Source of the DNA: Auanema rhodensis
Lineage: Eukaryota > Animalia > Nematoda
NCBI GenBank assembly: GCA_964057225.1
Contig: OZ059899.1
Coordinates: 8,866,001 to 8,930,000 of the forward strand
Direction of reading: 5' to 3'
DNA length: 64,000 nt
The notes beneath the pieces are model-generated. The model was not told the DNA's origin and ran no database searches. It saw nothing but the letters and a program-made list of their open reading frames with translations. How positions within the stretch are numbered: the first letter of the stretch is position 1; each line of letters opens with the position of its first letter. A program made the translations under genes and the position numbers. Of the stretch, positions 23,181-36,735 are shown piece after piece.

Positions 23181-26100
23181 AAGGAAAACCAAAGTAAAAT
23201 GATAAAAACTGCAAAAAAAAAAGATATAAAATTTTAATCATTTTTTTCTCGAATCTAAAAAACAGGAGTTCACATAGACTATTCAGCTGATATGTAATGG
23301 ACTATAGCCACACTAGTATTACCTCAATGGCCTAATATAACGACAGGTGACAACGGCGACAAGGTCAAAATTAAAGAACATTGTTTCACAAAAATTTGTC
23401 AATCAACGGCTTTTTAAGTAACAGCATAATATATGGTATAAATATATTGAGCAAAATTATATAACATAATTGCTTGACTTTTTGCTTTGCTTTTAATTTT
23501 TTCGATAAAAAATCTTAAATTAGCTGACTGTCAGTGGTCGTATGGCAGCATCAATTGCTGTCAGGCTGTCTGGTTATTTGAATGAATTGAACGTGGCAGA
23601 AGCACATATGATGTGACGGCCGGGTTCAATAGAGCCCAAGAATATCGGAAATTTGAATAAAAAAACTGAGTCTCGAAATAAAAAAAACTAAAAACAAATA
23701 TATATTGCTATATATATGTGTGTAGGCAATGTCTGTTAACTAGAAATAGTGCATAGTCATGAAATATGACTGTAACAGGTAACTGGTATATCCTAAAATT
23801 AGCCATAAACACCAAACTGATCAAGTCATATAAAATGGGTGAACAGGATTAACATGTAACGGATGAAGCTTAGCCTTAAACAAGTTGGATATTTTTCATG
23901 AAATCCTATATATGTTTATAAAACTGACCATAACCACATTGATAGAAGATCAAAGAAACTTGAAAATAGCATATACATAATAATTAAGATGATAAATGCA
24001 TGTTTATAGAGCAAAATAAACTTATAATGTAAAACTGGAGTATTCAAGAGGACATTTTATTCGTTTTTAGATGAACATAAGTATTTGATCTGGGGCTTGG
24101 AGCCGACACAAAACTATTTCAAGTTTGTAATGAATATGAGCATAATGACAATAATATATGATTATTGATAGTACAGATAATTAGGTTATTGTTATGCAGA
24201 TTATCAAGTATCTCTTAAAGCTAATGATATATAACATTCGTGAACTGGGAAGACCAAAGAAAGAAGGACTGGAATTGTAAATGAATAAGGGTTCTAAAAT
24301 ACAGATATTGAGTGGTCCGTTGTTGGAAATTAGGGCAAGAGAAGAGGAGTGTATACCAAATGAAGATTTAGCAATTGAAGATAAAGAGTTAAGAAAGCCT
24401 ACAGCTTTGTCAAACTAATTTTTTGATAATAATAATAAAGGTTGAGCATTGAATGAGAAAGGATTGAAGAAAGCTAATTTTCTGCTAAGGTCAATTAGCA
24501 ATTAGACACATGGTGTCAGAGGGAAAATTAGGTAGACGAGATAGGATGATAGGGGGGTTAAAGGATAGGGGTGCTATTTACTGCTATATTTAGAGAACCA
24601 ATAATAAATAACAACAATTAAATAGGGACAATAGGATATTTGAGTTGGAAGGTGGGGTAAGTGTGAGGGAGGATGAAAACGTCTCAAAGAAATCAAAGAC
24701 AAGTGATTATGTGAGATATTTATTATAAAAAAAAAGCTTAAATCATACTATACAACAGATGGAACTAATGGTCAAGGAAATGTGCTTAAGAAGATATATA
24801 AGGATGAAGCCTCGTCAACCCCAAACGATATGAAGGAAAGAATAGATGAATGGGTGGAAGAGGGTATACGGGCTTATAAAGTGTGGTAAAAAAGACAGAC
24901 GGTCACACAACAAGCTGAGGATAAATGAGAGGGTGGGAGACTAATCGAAACAGATATTGTGCGTATATGTATGTCCAAAGCAGAGAATGAGATGGAGAGA
25001 AACAGAGAGAATAGAGAAGATTAAGGAGGATTCAATCGCTCAGAAACGGAAGCGGATAGAACAGGTGTGTTTCTAAGGCAAAGGTTAGATTGACGTTTTC
25101 TTGAAGTGCTTGAGCATGACCGATCACTCATTCACACTTACTCACGATTAGAATTAATCGTCTTGTTTCGTTTATCAAAAAACAATATAAAGAAAATTTC
25201 ATGAAATATTATGAATAACCAGAATTGCATATATAACTATGTTGAATTTCAAATGTTATGAAGATAAATGAATTTAGCAAATGTTTAAGAGAATTTGGTG
25301 CTTCTTGTCCTGCTTTCTCATATATTCTCATAATGATGGTAGCTTGCCTATGGCAAACAATGATGAAATGATGTCGCAGATGTCACCAACTGATGATTGT
25401 GGCATTGTTACTGAAAATGGTATCTTTTCATTTGCTTTTCCACTTACCATATCTTTGTAATTATACTTAATGAACTGTAATGAGATATATGTATTCACAG
25501 AAATACAAATGAAGAAATAATTATTAAGTTAACTGCATATACATAAATCGTTTACAGCTTTCTACTAGTCTTTGTTTCCTCTAATGAAGTTTTACAATTT
25601 TTTTAGTTATTCATTTGTTATTCCAGTTTTTTCAAATCTTACTTTTAAAGTATATAAGCATATACTTTATTTTTCACAATAATGAACAGGTTTTGTTGCA
25701 GAATTACAAAAATAATGATGAAAGAAAGAGAAAGAATATGGGTCTAATAGACTTGGAATCGGATAAAAAGTCATTCCTCTCTATGAAGAATCATAATTTT
25801 TGTTTAAACAAAAGCTATATATTATAGAGAATTAAATAATATTTGTGAAAAAGTGAATTTATGTATATACATAACTGGCAGAAAAACAAGAAAACGTATA
25901 TAGTATACTGAATCAGAAGAAGAACAAATGTAAATTGAAGAACACAATTGGTTACTAAAGTATTTTAATGAAATAATTAGTCTCATTATGAAAATAAAGA
26001 GGTTGGTTGCTGTACTTCCTCATTCTCAAAATAGAATATCCGAAACGATTTATGCAATATGAGTCTTAGTTAGTATAGATACATATATATATAAGACATT

Positions 26101-29068
26101 AACCCCAAAATCTTTATCAAAATAAGAAAATAAGGTGTGGTCACAAAAGTTCTCACATGAACGGATCAGATTAAGAAAAGAATCTTTTTTGAACATCCAT
26201 TTAAAAAAAATTAGATGGAGACTGCTAACACTCGTGAAATCATCAATACAATTCAATTGCTTGAATCTGTCTGGATTTATAATGGTTTCGTATAAGAACA
26301 ATACAGTTTTTTTTAAATGAAAACGAAGATTTTGTCTTAAGAACATCGTTTTCCTCGACATTTAAATAGCCATGAAAGATTAATTTTATGAACTTAATAT
26401 CATTGAATACAGCTGTTCACTTCGTAACGGTTCAGTTTATTACTTTTCTTTCATTTCTATTTATTTTTTAAAGTTTTTTTTGTTCAAATGATGACATCAA
26501 GAAATTGACAGCTTTTTTCACATAATGAATTATGTAATAAAAATTCAAAAAAAGATAAAAGAAGCATTTAATTTAGAAAAATAAAAAAGGATAAATAGAA
26601 GAAGAAGTACGATTAGATTTGTACAGAATAAGGGTTGACTAACGTGAGACAAGTATGTAGGAATTCTAGCAGAAAAAGATCTTTTCACAGACTTTTGAAC
26701 TTCACTCAGCCGAACTTTTCTTCACAATTTCTAAACTACTTCAAAAATTTTGGCTAAAAAATCTCATAAGTAGCTCTATAGTAGAACACAGAGAGAAGAT
26801 CAAAAAAAACTAAGAAGAATTCTCTGTTGTTTCACAAGATAATTGAATGGAAATTTAAAAAAATTAAATATGTACATAGTTTACGAAATGAAACAACAAT
26901 GGAAGTGAAAAGAAGAAAACGAAGCATAATATATGCTATATGATTTATAACATGAATACTATAATATATGCCATTCAGTTATTCAGAATTGACTATATTA
27001 TACATGAAATGACCATTACTTGTTAGTAAAACATAAATTATATGATATTATAACATTAAAGAATAGTTAAAACTCAAAATATTTGCTATTCTTTAACTAT
27101 ATTATACGTTAGGGTAAATGTAATATTGGGATAATAAGAGAATATTTCAGAAAAGTTATGTTTTCTCGTTCTAATCTAGATTTAGATGTCTAGAGGATAC
27201 GATAAAGTTCATGAACTTTGGTAAAGAATTTTAGCAAATGTTAATGCAAAGGATGAAATGAGAATAGATTCAGATGGCGATGATGATGATGAGAGACACT
27301 CAGTACTCGACTAGTGGTCAATCCTTTGATGGTTTTGGTTAATGTGACTGAATAGATCTTGGACAAGATGAATGAATGAATAAGTAGTTGGATATACTCA
27401 CCACGAAAGATAAAGGGCAACCAGACCATAGATAGATAGACAAGCTATTTGCTATTTCTATGAATTTTATATATCTGTAGAACTGTTGATGATGACCTTT
27501 TTTTGATCATAAATGACAGAAAATTATAAAATTTGATCCCAATAACCAATTCTTTAGAATTTTTCTTAAGTAATCAATCATAATGTTTTATTTGCCGAAG
27601 TTATAAGAAGCGCATATTTGAAGTCCCCAAATCCTAATGATTATGTGTTTTATAATGATAATGAAACATATTTTTTCATATAAATATATGTATATAAGGT
27701 TATTTCTAAAATTAGAAACGTGGGAAAAGCCTATTCGTTTATCTACATATGAATTCATGACTATGGTCAAGACAGAACTGCATAATCCTCTTACGCTTGC
27801 GTGGCCGGGGTGAGACAAAAACAAATCCAAATAGATGACGAATGGAACAATGACAAGTAGTATGAGCAATCGTAATATCAGAAAAAAGTTTTGATGATCA
27901 AGAAAATTCTTGAATCATTCAAGAACTCTTCAATGATGGTTTACTAAGACTGTTTAGTTGATGACAAGATAATGAATTCCATAGCTATCTACTGGATAAC
28001 AAACTTTCTTGTACATACATGATTTGTTTCGGGATAAATATTAAGTTGCATCATGAAACACAATTAGAATTGAGGTCAGAACTGTATTGAAAGAATATAC
28101 TTTATTAAATGAGTCACTACTCAATCTTTATGCTCGTAGAAATTGATGGAATAGATTTGCATTGTCGATTTTTCTGAAGAATATTATGAAATTTCTCAAA
28201 TGCAATCGCATGAATTAGACAGCAGAACAAATGGAAGACGTACAAGGGAGTGTGAGAAAAATTATATTGAATATGTAAGAAATACAAAAAGAAAATGAAG
28301 GAATTAGCTTTAATAACAAAAAAATTCATTACATTAAATGAAAAAATATAAAACTATTTAGATATTAACATTTCAATTTTTACTAATTCTCAAAAATAAT
28401 TTTAAAGAAATGGTTTTTTTGAAATCTTTTGCAAAGAAAAGATTAGCGGTTTAACTTAACCTTTGTCTTTCACCGCCAAATGTGTAAGTAACTTTAAATT
28501 AACCAGAGCAAGTAGATTGCCATTTGAAATGGGTTGAAGCTATTGTCCATTCATTGGCTTTACGGACGGGGGGTCCCGAGGGGTATTTATATTTGAATAG
28601 AAGATGTATATTACTTTAATTGAGCAATGAAGGATGAATGTTGGCTGAATTACAGAGTGAAATAGATCTCGTATTCGTTTGTATAATTGACAAGCAGATC
28701 AAAAGAAAATATTGTATTAAGAATAAGAACTATAGAAGCTTGAGAAAAATTGATTGAAACAACTAGAGCAATTAAGGGCCGGATGTAAGCAAGATACTAC
28801 TTGGCTCCATATCATTTCTCACTAATTTACTAAAGAATTGACTTAATTGCAAAGGAAAACTCATTGTTCACAATGTATTTAATACAATATTTCAGTGTGA
28901 AAGCATTTTATTTTAATGAAGAAAGAATAAATAAATATTAAAATAACAAATATAATTGAATAAATTAAAATTATCACATTTCAATAGTAAATATGAAAAA
29001 ATTAATACAATGATTGTTTCAAAAAAAAACAAAGATTTCAGATGCAATAGATCATTCAAGATCAATCC

Positions 29069-30798
29069 TCAGTCAGCTGTCAACTAAAATAAATTTATTA
29101 AGACAATTCGTAATCTTCTTTTTTCAATTTCTATTTTATCATCGATAGATACATATATCATGAAGTCTAATTCTCATTTAGCACTGTTATTTTGATAGCA
29201 AAGCAAATGACTTTCTTTTGCACTCATAGTATGTACTTTTAAACTTCGTAAATACTTTGGTTCATCACACTTTAATATTATTATTTTAAATATTTTAGTA
29301 ATTTCTTACGTAAAAGAAGGTTCCAGCTACTGGAGCACCTAATTTTCTGCCAGTATCTGATCGCAGGAAGTTTGTTACTGTCTTGTATCTTGAGTGTAAA
29401 TCAACCGTAACCGAGACATAAAGTCGAGTTATAGGATTGACAGTTTTAAATACCAAAACAATCCAAAGCTTTCCATCTTAAAATATAGAATTTTATTTAA
29501 GTTATTGTTTTTGTTCATCATCTTACACTCTTTAGGGGGGCCCGGTCTAGACGGATTTTCAATGTTTGTCATTGGGTTAGCGTTGAAAATGCGTTTTGAT
29601 AAAAATCCTCCATCCGAAATTGGTTCTTCCAAATCGATAATCTTTCCTGGTTTAGACGGTCTGTCGTAGTAGAATTGCATTGTTTCAGTTGGTGAAAGAG
29701 GATCTACAATTAACATTCAAAGTTGATCACTGAATCTAAAAAATTTAATTACCAAACATAAGAACATGTAGATAACTTCCGATAGCTTGTTCGTGAAACA
29801 ATTTGATATTTTTCAAAAATGCTGGTTCTAACAGGCGGTATGGAGTCAAAACAAAGTGATCTCCTATGCGTATCTCTGGAGCATTCATCATTGAAGAGGT
29901 ATGAACATTAAGAGTAACCTGAATAATAACTATAACTTGATAAAATTATTTGTAATCTACATATTCTATTGCCGACATAGGTGGATTAGGTACTATACGA
30001 GGTGAGAATTTTGCTTCACTGAATATATTAATTATAACCAATTTATTCTTGTTAATGATAACATACTTGAAAACACTGGCAAATGAGTAAAGAGTTGAAG
30101 TTTTACAACATAGTGAACGTCCGTCAGGGGGTAAAAGATGCCCATTTGCAGCTTCAACACACTGAAAAGTTCTACCTAGAAATTAATCTTATATTAAACT
30201 TACTTTGTAATCGTAAGGACAGATATTAACAATAGTTGGATCACATAGCATCACATGTGGTAACTTATATGGAATTGCTCCAGCAGGACAAACTATATGA
30301 AAAAATATTGTGTGGTTACCAAACTTTTTCAATCTTATTATCACTCACTAGGCTTGATTTGCTCAGCTGTTAAGTTCTCCAAATCTGATGTATCCTTAAA
30401 TTAAAATAAATGTCTTATATGAAGATTTGTAGATAAGGATAACCTGGACAACATCACTGCAGCAACGGTATTGTTTATCACCGTCACCAGTGGCGCAGAA
30501 TGGATTTCTTCCCGTGCATGCGGAGGGGTTATTTGGAGTACATGGTACTCCAGTACCTACAAATAATATATAACAGTTATGAAAATATATGATAAATACC
30601 TGGTTGAAAATCAGCACATTGAGATATAGTTGGAACGTAGGTTAAATCAACAGATTGCCATGTTTCAGAGCAATCTGAATTCGAAGCTCTTCATCCATAT
30701 TCAAATGCTAATTTACCTGGACGTTCAGGAGGTGGCATTGGCATCTGACCATTTATAACTAATATAGTTATCAGAAAAATGAAAAATACAGATAACAT
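29069..30798 (-). CDS. Secreted Cys-rich-repeat + PEBP-like domain protein (paralog A)
   Basis: Signal MLSVFFIFLITILVING; Cys modules CTPNNPSACTGRNPFCATGDGDKQYRCC and CPAGAIPYKLPHVMLCDPTIVNICPYDYKC...CC; PEBP-like part with YLHVLMFDP, WIVLVFKT and KLGAPVAGTFFY; final exon LTAD*. Confidence 0.8.
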
Positions 30799-31196
30799 TC
30801 GTTAAGATGCTTGTATATGTGAATTTCTAACTACACAATAGGGTAGAGTTTGATGGAATAAATGGTTAAAATGCACAAACAGCCCTGATACCAGAGATTC
30901 GTGACGCCCAAAAACGGCATCAGATAATCAAACATCGTCATCCTCGACACCTAGATGTCCCTTTGCTCATAGAAGGAACACAAACAGATCATCGTGAGCA
31001 TGACATGACCCATAGCACGAGTCTTTATCATTTATATTTTAGATTCTCAGATGAACTAGTCGTTCACTCGGTTTAAAATGGTTTCACCACTATAACCAAA
31101 CTAAATATATGTTTATTGTCTTATGTATAATCAATTAACATTGAGTTTTCTAGAATGTTTCTCTTCATTTTAGATTTATTATTTCAGATTAATAAA
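30799..31196. promoter_or_regulatory. Probable bidirectional promoter between the paralog pair
   Basis: About 400-bp spacer between divergent ATGs with a GC-richer core (30880-31030) and TTTCAG 10 nt before the plus-strand ATG. Confidence 0.5.
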
Positions 31197-32839
31197 ATGA
31201 TAAAATACTTACTTTTTTGTTTTATTTTCAATCATTTAGTATTTTGTAAACGTCAGAAACGGGATGATATATATGGAGACAGTTTGTTACTTAATTTTAT
31301 AAACAAAACAATAAATATCTGAATATTTAGTATGTCCATTTCCTTGGCAAACACATGAGCAGAATATTTTAGGAAGCTTTGCTCAGTGTTCAGATGTTGC
31401 ATCAGAAGGTATCATAGTCCTATTAATTCCTATTTTTATTATTTTGTAATAAAGTATTTTCATAGAAATACATTTGATTACTTAGGTGTTAAATGTTCTC
31501 CTCATGATCCAATCGAATGTACAGGAAGAAATCCTATATGTGTTTTCTCTAATGTAACCGAAGATTATCGTTGTTGCTCAGATGTGCCACAAGATTTAAG
31601 CAATCTGCCTGGCGTATCTGAACAAGTTAAGCCAAGTGAGTTTTCAGATTTTCTACTATTTTTTAAATTAATGTCTTTTGTTCATCAGTTTGTCCGTATG
31701 GTGCATCATCTTATGATATTCCATCTGTTATGCTGTGTGATCCAGAAGAAGAAGACATTTGTCCAGAAGATTATAAATGTGAACAGGTTGGAAAATACAA
31801 TATTTTAACCTAAAATTACTATTTGAAGGCAATAAATCATCAAATGTTGGCAACTTTCAGCATGTATCTGTGTTGTAAAACATCTACATTAGATTCATTT
31901 GAAAATGGTAGTCTGATTTTAGAACTTAATTTCTAATTTTTTTGTAAAGTATTTTATGAAACTAAAGTTGGAATTAACAAGATGTCAGCTAATCTTAGTA
32001 TGCCCGTTTTCTATGTAACATCCCTATCTCCATCTATTATTCCTCTTCCACCTGGAAGTGGAATCGATTTCGTAAGTTATTATTTCACAAAGAACTATGT
32101 ATTAATTATAATATTTTAGTGTGTTCTTAATGAATATATTCCATCAAAAGGTCCTTTACCTGAAATTCGAACAGGAGACCATTTTTCAATGTTACCGTAT
32201 CGGTTTCGTGAGCCAGTTTATCTGCAGAAGGTTATGCTTCTCCATGACCAACTGCCCGGATATTTTCATCACGTTCTTGTTTTATTCAGTAATTGCTTAA
32301 AAATGCTGTAAAAATTAAAATCGAATAATTGCAGATCCGCATGGCAATCCAGAGTCCATGAACTTATATTACAATCGTCCCTCTTCTCTCAGTCGTGAAA
32401 TTGATCTGACAGTTAAAGCATGGGATGAGGGTGTATTCTTTCGTAATATAAATCGTGTTTTAACGATACAGAATGATAAAATATCGACTAGGCAAAGTGA
32501 ATTAGATATGAGTTTCAAAAAAAAAATATTTTACAGTACGGAAGTTATATATCGTCTTGGTATTTAAAACAAAAGCCCGATTAACTCGCCGTCATCCACA
32601 ATTTCATCAGGTAAGTGTTTTTACCCTGATTTTCAATAGAAATGTTTAAGGATTTACACGCTAACTATACATCCTTCACGGATTTTCTGTCTTCTGAAAC
32701 TGGAAAATTTTTAGGTACTCCAACAGCAGGAAGTTATTTTTATGTAAGTATTCAGAAATAACTTCATTTGTACCATTAATATAAGAATTAAGTAAGATAA
32801 TTACGTTTCAATATTTAATTTTTTCAGATCACAAAATAA
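31197..32839 (+). CDS. Secreted Cys-rich-repeat + PEBP-like domain protein (paralog B)
   Basis: Signal MIKYLLFCFIFNHLVFC; CSPHDPIECTGRNPICVFSNVTEDYRCC; CPYGASSYDIPSVMLCDPEEEDICPEDYKC; EIRTGDHF; YIVLVFKT; KFLGTPTAGSYFY; final exon ITK*. Colinear with paralog A. Confidence 0.8.
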
Positions 32840-33152
32840 GTCGAAAAGCAAGGCATAATATATTTTTCGAAAACAAAGCCGGACTTTCTATTAGCATTTA
32901 GCAGCTATTGTTAAACTATTATAAACTATATATAATATTTTCTGATTAATTTGTAGAAAAGAAGAAGAAATATCATTAAAAACCTTAAACATCTTACCTG
33001 TAATATTATGGAGAAAATACGAAAACAAACAAAAAAAAACAAAATGACAGAAAAACTCAAAATATCAACACAGATTTTCAAGAATTAAATATACAATTTA
33101 GGATTATTTAATGAAAGAAATTATGCAGTTATATAGAATGGATACATCTATG

Positions 33153-33833
33153 TTAATACAATATGATGGTTTTGTTTAACATTTTCCTTCCATACAGGGC
33201 TCGTATTGCTGTTTCCTATATTTGATGTGGTTAAGCGTTCGTGTGTTCGAACCTCATTTAAACGATTCTATAATAGAAACTTGTTAAAGTAACATAAATT
33301 ATGGTAAACTAACCACATATTCTGAATACTGTATATCACGGAAATACTTCAGCTGCTTATATGCTTTTAATCCATAAAATGCATTCAAGGATAACAACAA
33401 AAATGAGGAAGAAACTGATGCAACGGTGCTAGTTGTTGGTTCCAAACCACTTTCATTCAAACACAAAATAGTTATTACACAGCTAATTAACTGAAAATGC
33501 AACATTCACGTAATTTTAAATACAATTGAATTATTTAAGTTATGGATGCAACCATCTGTTTGTGGTAAAGAAAAACAATGAGAAATGCAATTAGAATGTA
33601 ATCATGTTTCGCAACTTCAAATCATCATCACATTCAAGAGAATCTTGTTTTAGTTCAAAAAGATCTTTCTGCGCTTTTTCTCGGAACGATAAACTTAAGA
33701 AATAAAAACTCACAGTAAGAAAGGATGTTACATAGAGATGAGTTAAGTCAGGAGAATTATAATAAGGTATTAAACGTGTACGAGCAGAAGGAGACAGCTC
33801 CACTAATGTGTCCAGGGCTACTGTGTTGGGCAT
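33153..33833 (-). CDS. Small uncharacterised membrane protein (3 exons, about 136 aa, about 2 TM)
   Basis: ATG just after TTTTAG; MPNTVALDTLVELSP...HLYVTSFLT|LISCVITILCL...SSSFLLLSLNAFYGLKAYK...EYV|NRLNEV...IILY*; all junctions phase 0. Confidence 0.6.
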
Positions 33834-35050
33834 TTAACCTAAATATTAACTTTTTATATGATTCGTTGAAGAATTTAAATTTTAAATAAAACCAGACTAT
33901 ATATGTACCATAGAAAAGAAAAAATATTGATTTTACTGATATGAAAACACATATGATGTTTGCAAAATGAAATGATAAGGTATTTTTGAATGACAAACCG
34001 TCATTCAAACCATCTCTTAACTATATTTAGTTCATTATATTCATCTAATCCAAAAGTGATAATAACCAAAAAACGTATAAAGCCAGAATCATACAATCAA
34101 ATCATTTTGTTTAGAAATATTTGATTTGTTTTGTTTTATAATACAAGTAAGAAACATAATCTTGAATTTTCATGAATCTATTTGAAATATTGAGCCAATA
34201 TGAAGGTCAGATTTTTAAAGTTTAAATAGGTTTTTGAATAACAGAATATAATACTTTAATAACGTGAGTAGTAAGGTAATATAAAACTTGAGAATTTCAA
34301 ACCATTCAAAAGCTACATGATATCACATGAATCTGAATGATTAGTGAAATACTTCCTCCGCTAATTTTTATACAAAAAAAACTTTTGTTTCCGGTTAAAT
34401 ATACATACAACTAGTTGAAATGCAAATAATTTAAATTTAATGGTTCGACAAGATTTTAATTCAATTCAAATATTCATGAAAACATTGAGAATGTGTTCTC
34501 AAAAAAATTTTAAAGAAAGAATTAAAGACATGTGATTGTTTATATATTTACATTACTATGATGGCGATAACATATATTATATTATAATATATAAGAAGTC
34601 AACACATAACTGTTCTAACTTAGTTCTTCATCTGATTATTTAATTAAAAGAAAACAATTGAAGTAAAAAGTAAGAGAATAAGAAATGTTCCTTCATTGTA
34701 TACATATGATGTATATTCTTCAGCGTAAATACTCTCTTCTGCTATATTTATCAAGTAGTAAAGTCGTAAACTATTCGGCTAAGGCTGGCTGTTATGCCAG
34801 GTGAATCAGATAAATAAATTAAAAGACTAAATAGTCATAACTCAGACGTAAAACACAGGAATCTTAGCTGATGCAATTATTTTCAAATAGCTGAAGCTGC
34901 TTTTGTCGGTTGCCCTTATCAGTGTTTGCGGTATATGAATGTTAAAATGTAAATGCTCAGCTTTAACACTATTAGGAATATATCAAATATGTATATTTTT
35001 CCATACATATATTTTTGAAATTTTTCTCTTTACCGCAAGCACTAACCTTA

Positions 35051-35088
<38 letters not shown>

Positions 35089-35175
35089 CTATCTATCTAT
35101 CTATCTCTAGCTCTCTCTCTATATATATAATATATATGTGTATATCTACCTCAATCTATCTCTCTATCTCTCTCT
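35051..35175. repeat. Compound (CT)n/(AT)n/(CTAT)n microsatellite
   Basis: Directly visible. Confidence 0.9.
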
Positions 35176-36735
35176 TTTCCATCTTTTCTTTTCTTTGTTT
35201 TACAAATATAAACATACAATGATCATTAACGTCATATTTCAATGCAAACTTTCTATAATCAAAATCGAACAGATGTGCTAGGCTTCTTCTAATAACAGTT
35301 TAGTGAAGAAAAAACAATCCACGGTCATGCGTATGCAGATTCACTGCGGGCTATTCATACAATTGATCAAATAGTTATTTGAAAGAAGAAAATATAATTC
35401 AGAATTTTCTATATAATATCAAAAATCAGGGTCTTAACTTAAAACTTCAAATATAGATTTTATAGAAAAAAAACAAGGAAAACTGTTGGAATGTGAGAAA
35501 TCTTACAGACATGCCTGCATATACAAGGAAGTTGATTTGACAATGATTATATTCAACATAGAAACACTCCAAAAACTGTTATGAATGATAATAAAAGTTT
35601 TAATGAGAAAGTAAGTGCTTTTCACAACATTTTATTGATATTCTTAAGTGAAATTCCAGAAATATTCTTTAGTATATTTGATGTTAAGCCAAAAAAAATA
35701 CACAAATAACCGTCACACAATATTTCTGAGAAGACACGTAAATAAAAAAATTAATGCAACAATGAAAAATTAAAACTAGAAATATGCGAATTTTCCAGCA
35801 AGAATATTTTTTTCATTGTTTCGATAAAAAGAACATTACTTATAAATATTGTTAAATTAGCTTAGTTATCAAAAAATGAAAGGAAACTCTTGAAAAAATG
35901 ACAAGAAATTAGGAAAATAGCTGGAGAATACACACATTATCCTACAGACTTCACTCGTTGCACAAACAGAATGGAGACGAGAACGATCAACCGGAAGGCT
36001 CGACGCTTTAGAGCCAACCCGGTTTTCTGAAGTTGAAATTTGTTCTAATTTCGCTATCATCTCCAAATTTCAGCCACGTTTATAAAGTAACAGTACAAGA
36101 ATCTTGAGTATAAAAAGCAGAGAATAAGAAAACGTATGAACGGAAGCTTTAGTTTAAATCATCTGGAAGTGTAAACGTCTATAATAATGCATCTTTAATG
36201 AATAATTTTACTTCTTATTTTACGTTCCAACACAAGAATTGCTTTGTACTTACATTAATATGAATACATTATTTGCAAAAAAACAGTTATTTTCTTCAAA
36301 ATTCATACAAAACCGTTTTTACATGCATAATTTTACTATCAGAAAGTGGTTTATTCAATAAAAGTGATGCGTACATCTTATAATAAATAATTTTTAAAAA
36401 TGAACTTTTAGCCAGATTAAGTTTATATAAATAATGAAAAATAGTTTTTTCTTCACGATGTATACTTCAACATCCTGAAAATATAATGGAAATAAAAACA
36501 TTTTTTTCAAACTAGTTAAAATGATAATATGCAAAGGTCATAGAAATGTTCATATAATCTTGAACGTACTATGTAAATATACTTCAGTTATCTGACTGAA
36601 AATCAAATAATTTCAAAAAACAATTGAGAATAAACTATGCCAATAACAAGATAGGATGAACAGTGGTAGATCAAAGCGCTTTATTGTTTTATTCTTGGAA
36701 ACTTTTAGATGTCACACAATGCTCGTACTCTCTAG

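Noticed and set aside
25359-25415. Possible box C/D snoRNA (ATGATGA...CTGA)
   Set aside because: Short, no terminal stem, no rRNA guide recognised; explained equally well by the small ORF.
33757-34008. 83-aa hydrophobic ORF as a first exon
   Set aside because: Splicing to the downstream acceptor enters a frame that stops quickly; the MPNT frame is preceded by an in-frame TAA and forms the coherent gene.
35869-36066. U3 snoRNA resemblance (TGATCGTTC...GTCTG) or 65-aa ORF
   Set aside because: No U3 5' domain or boxes A/B; the ORF has no splice partners or recognisable motifs.
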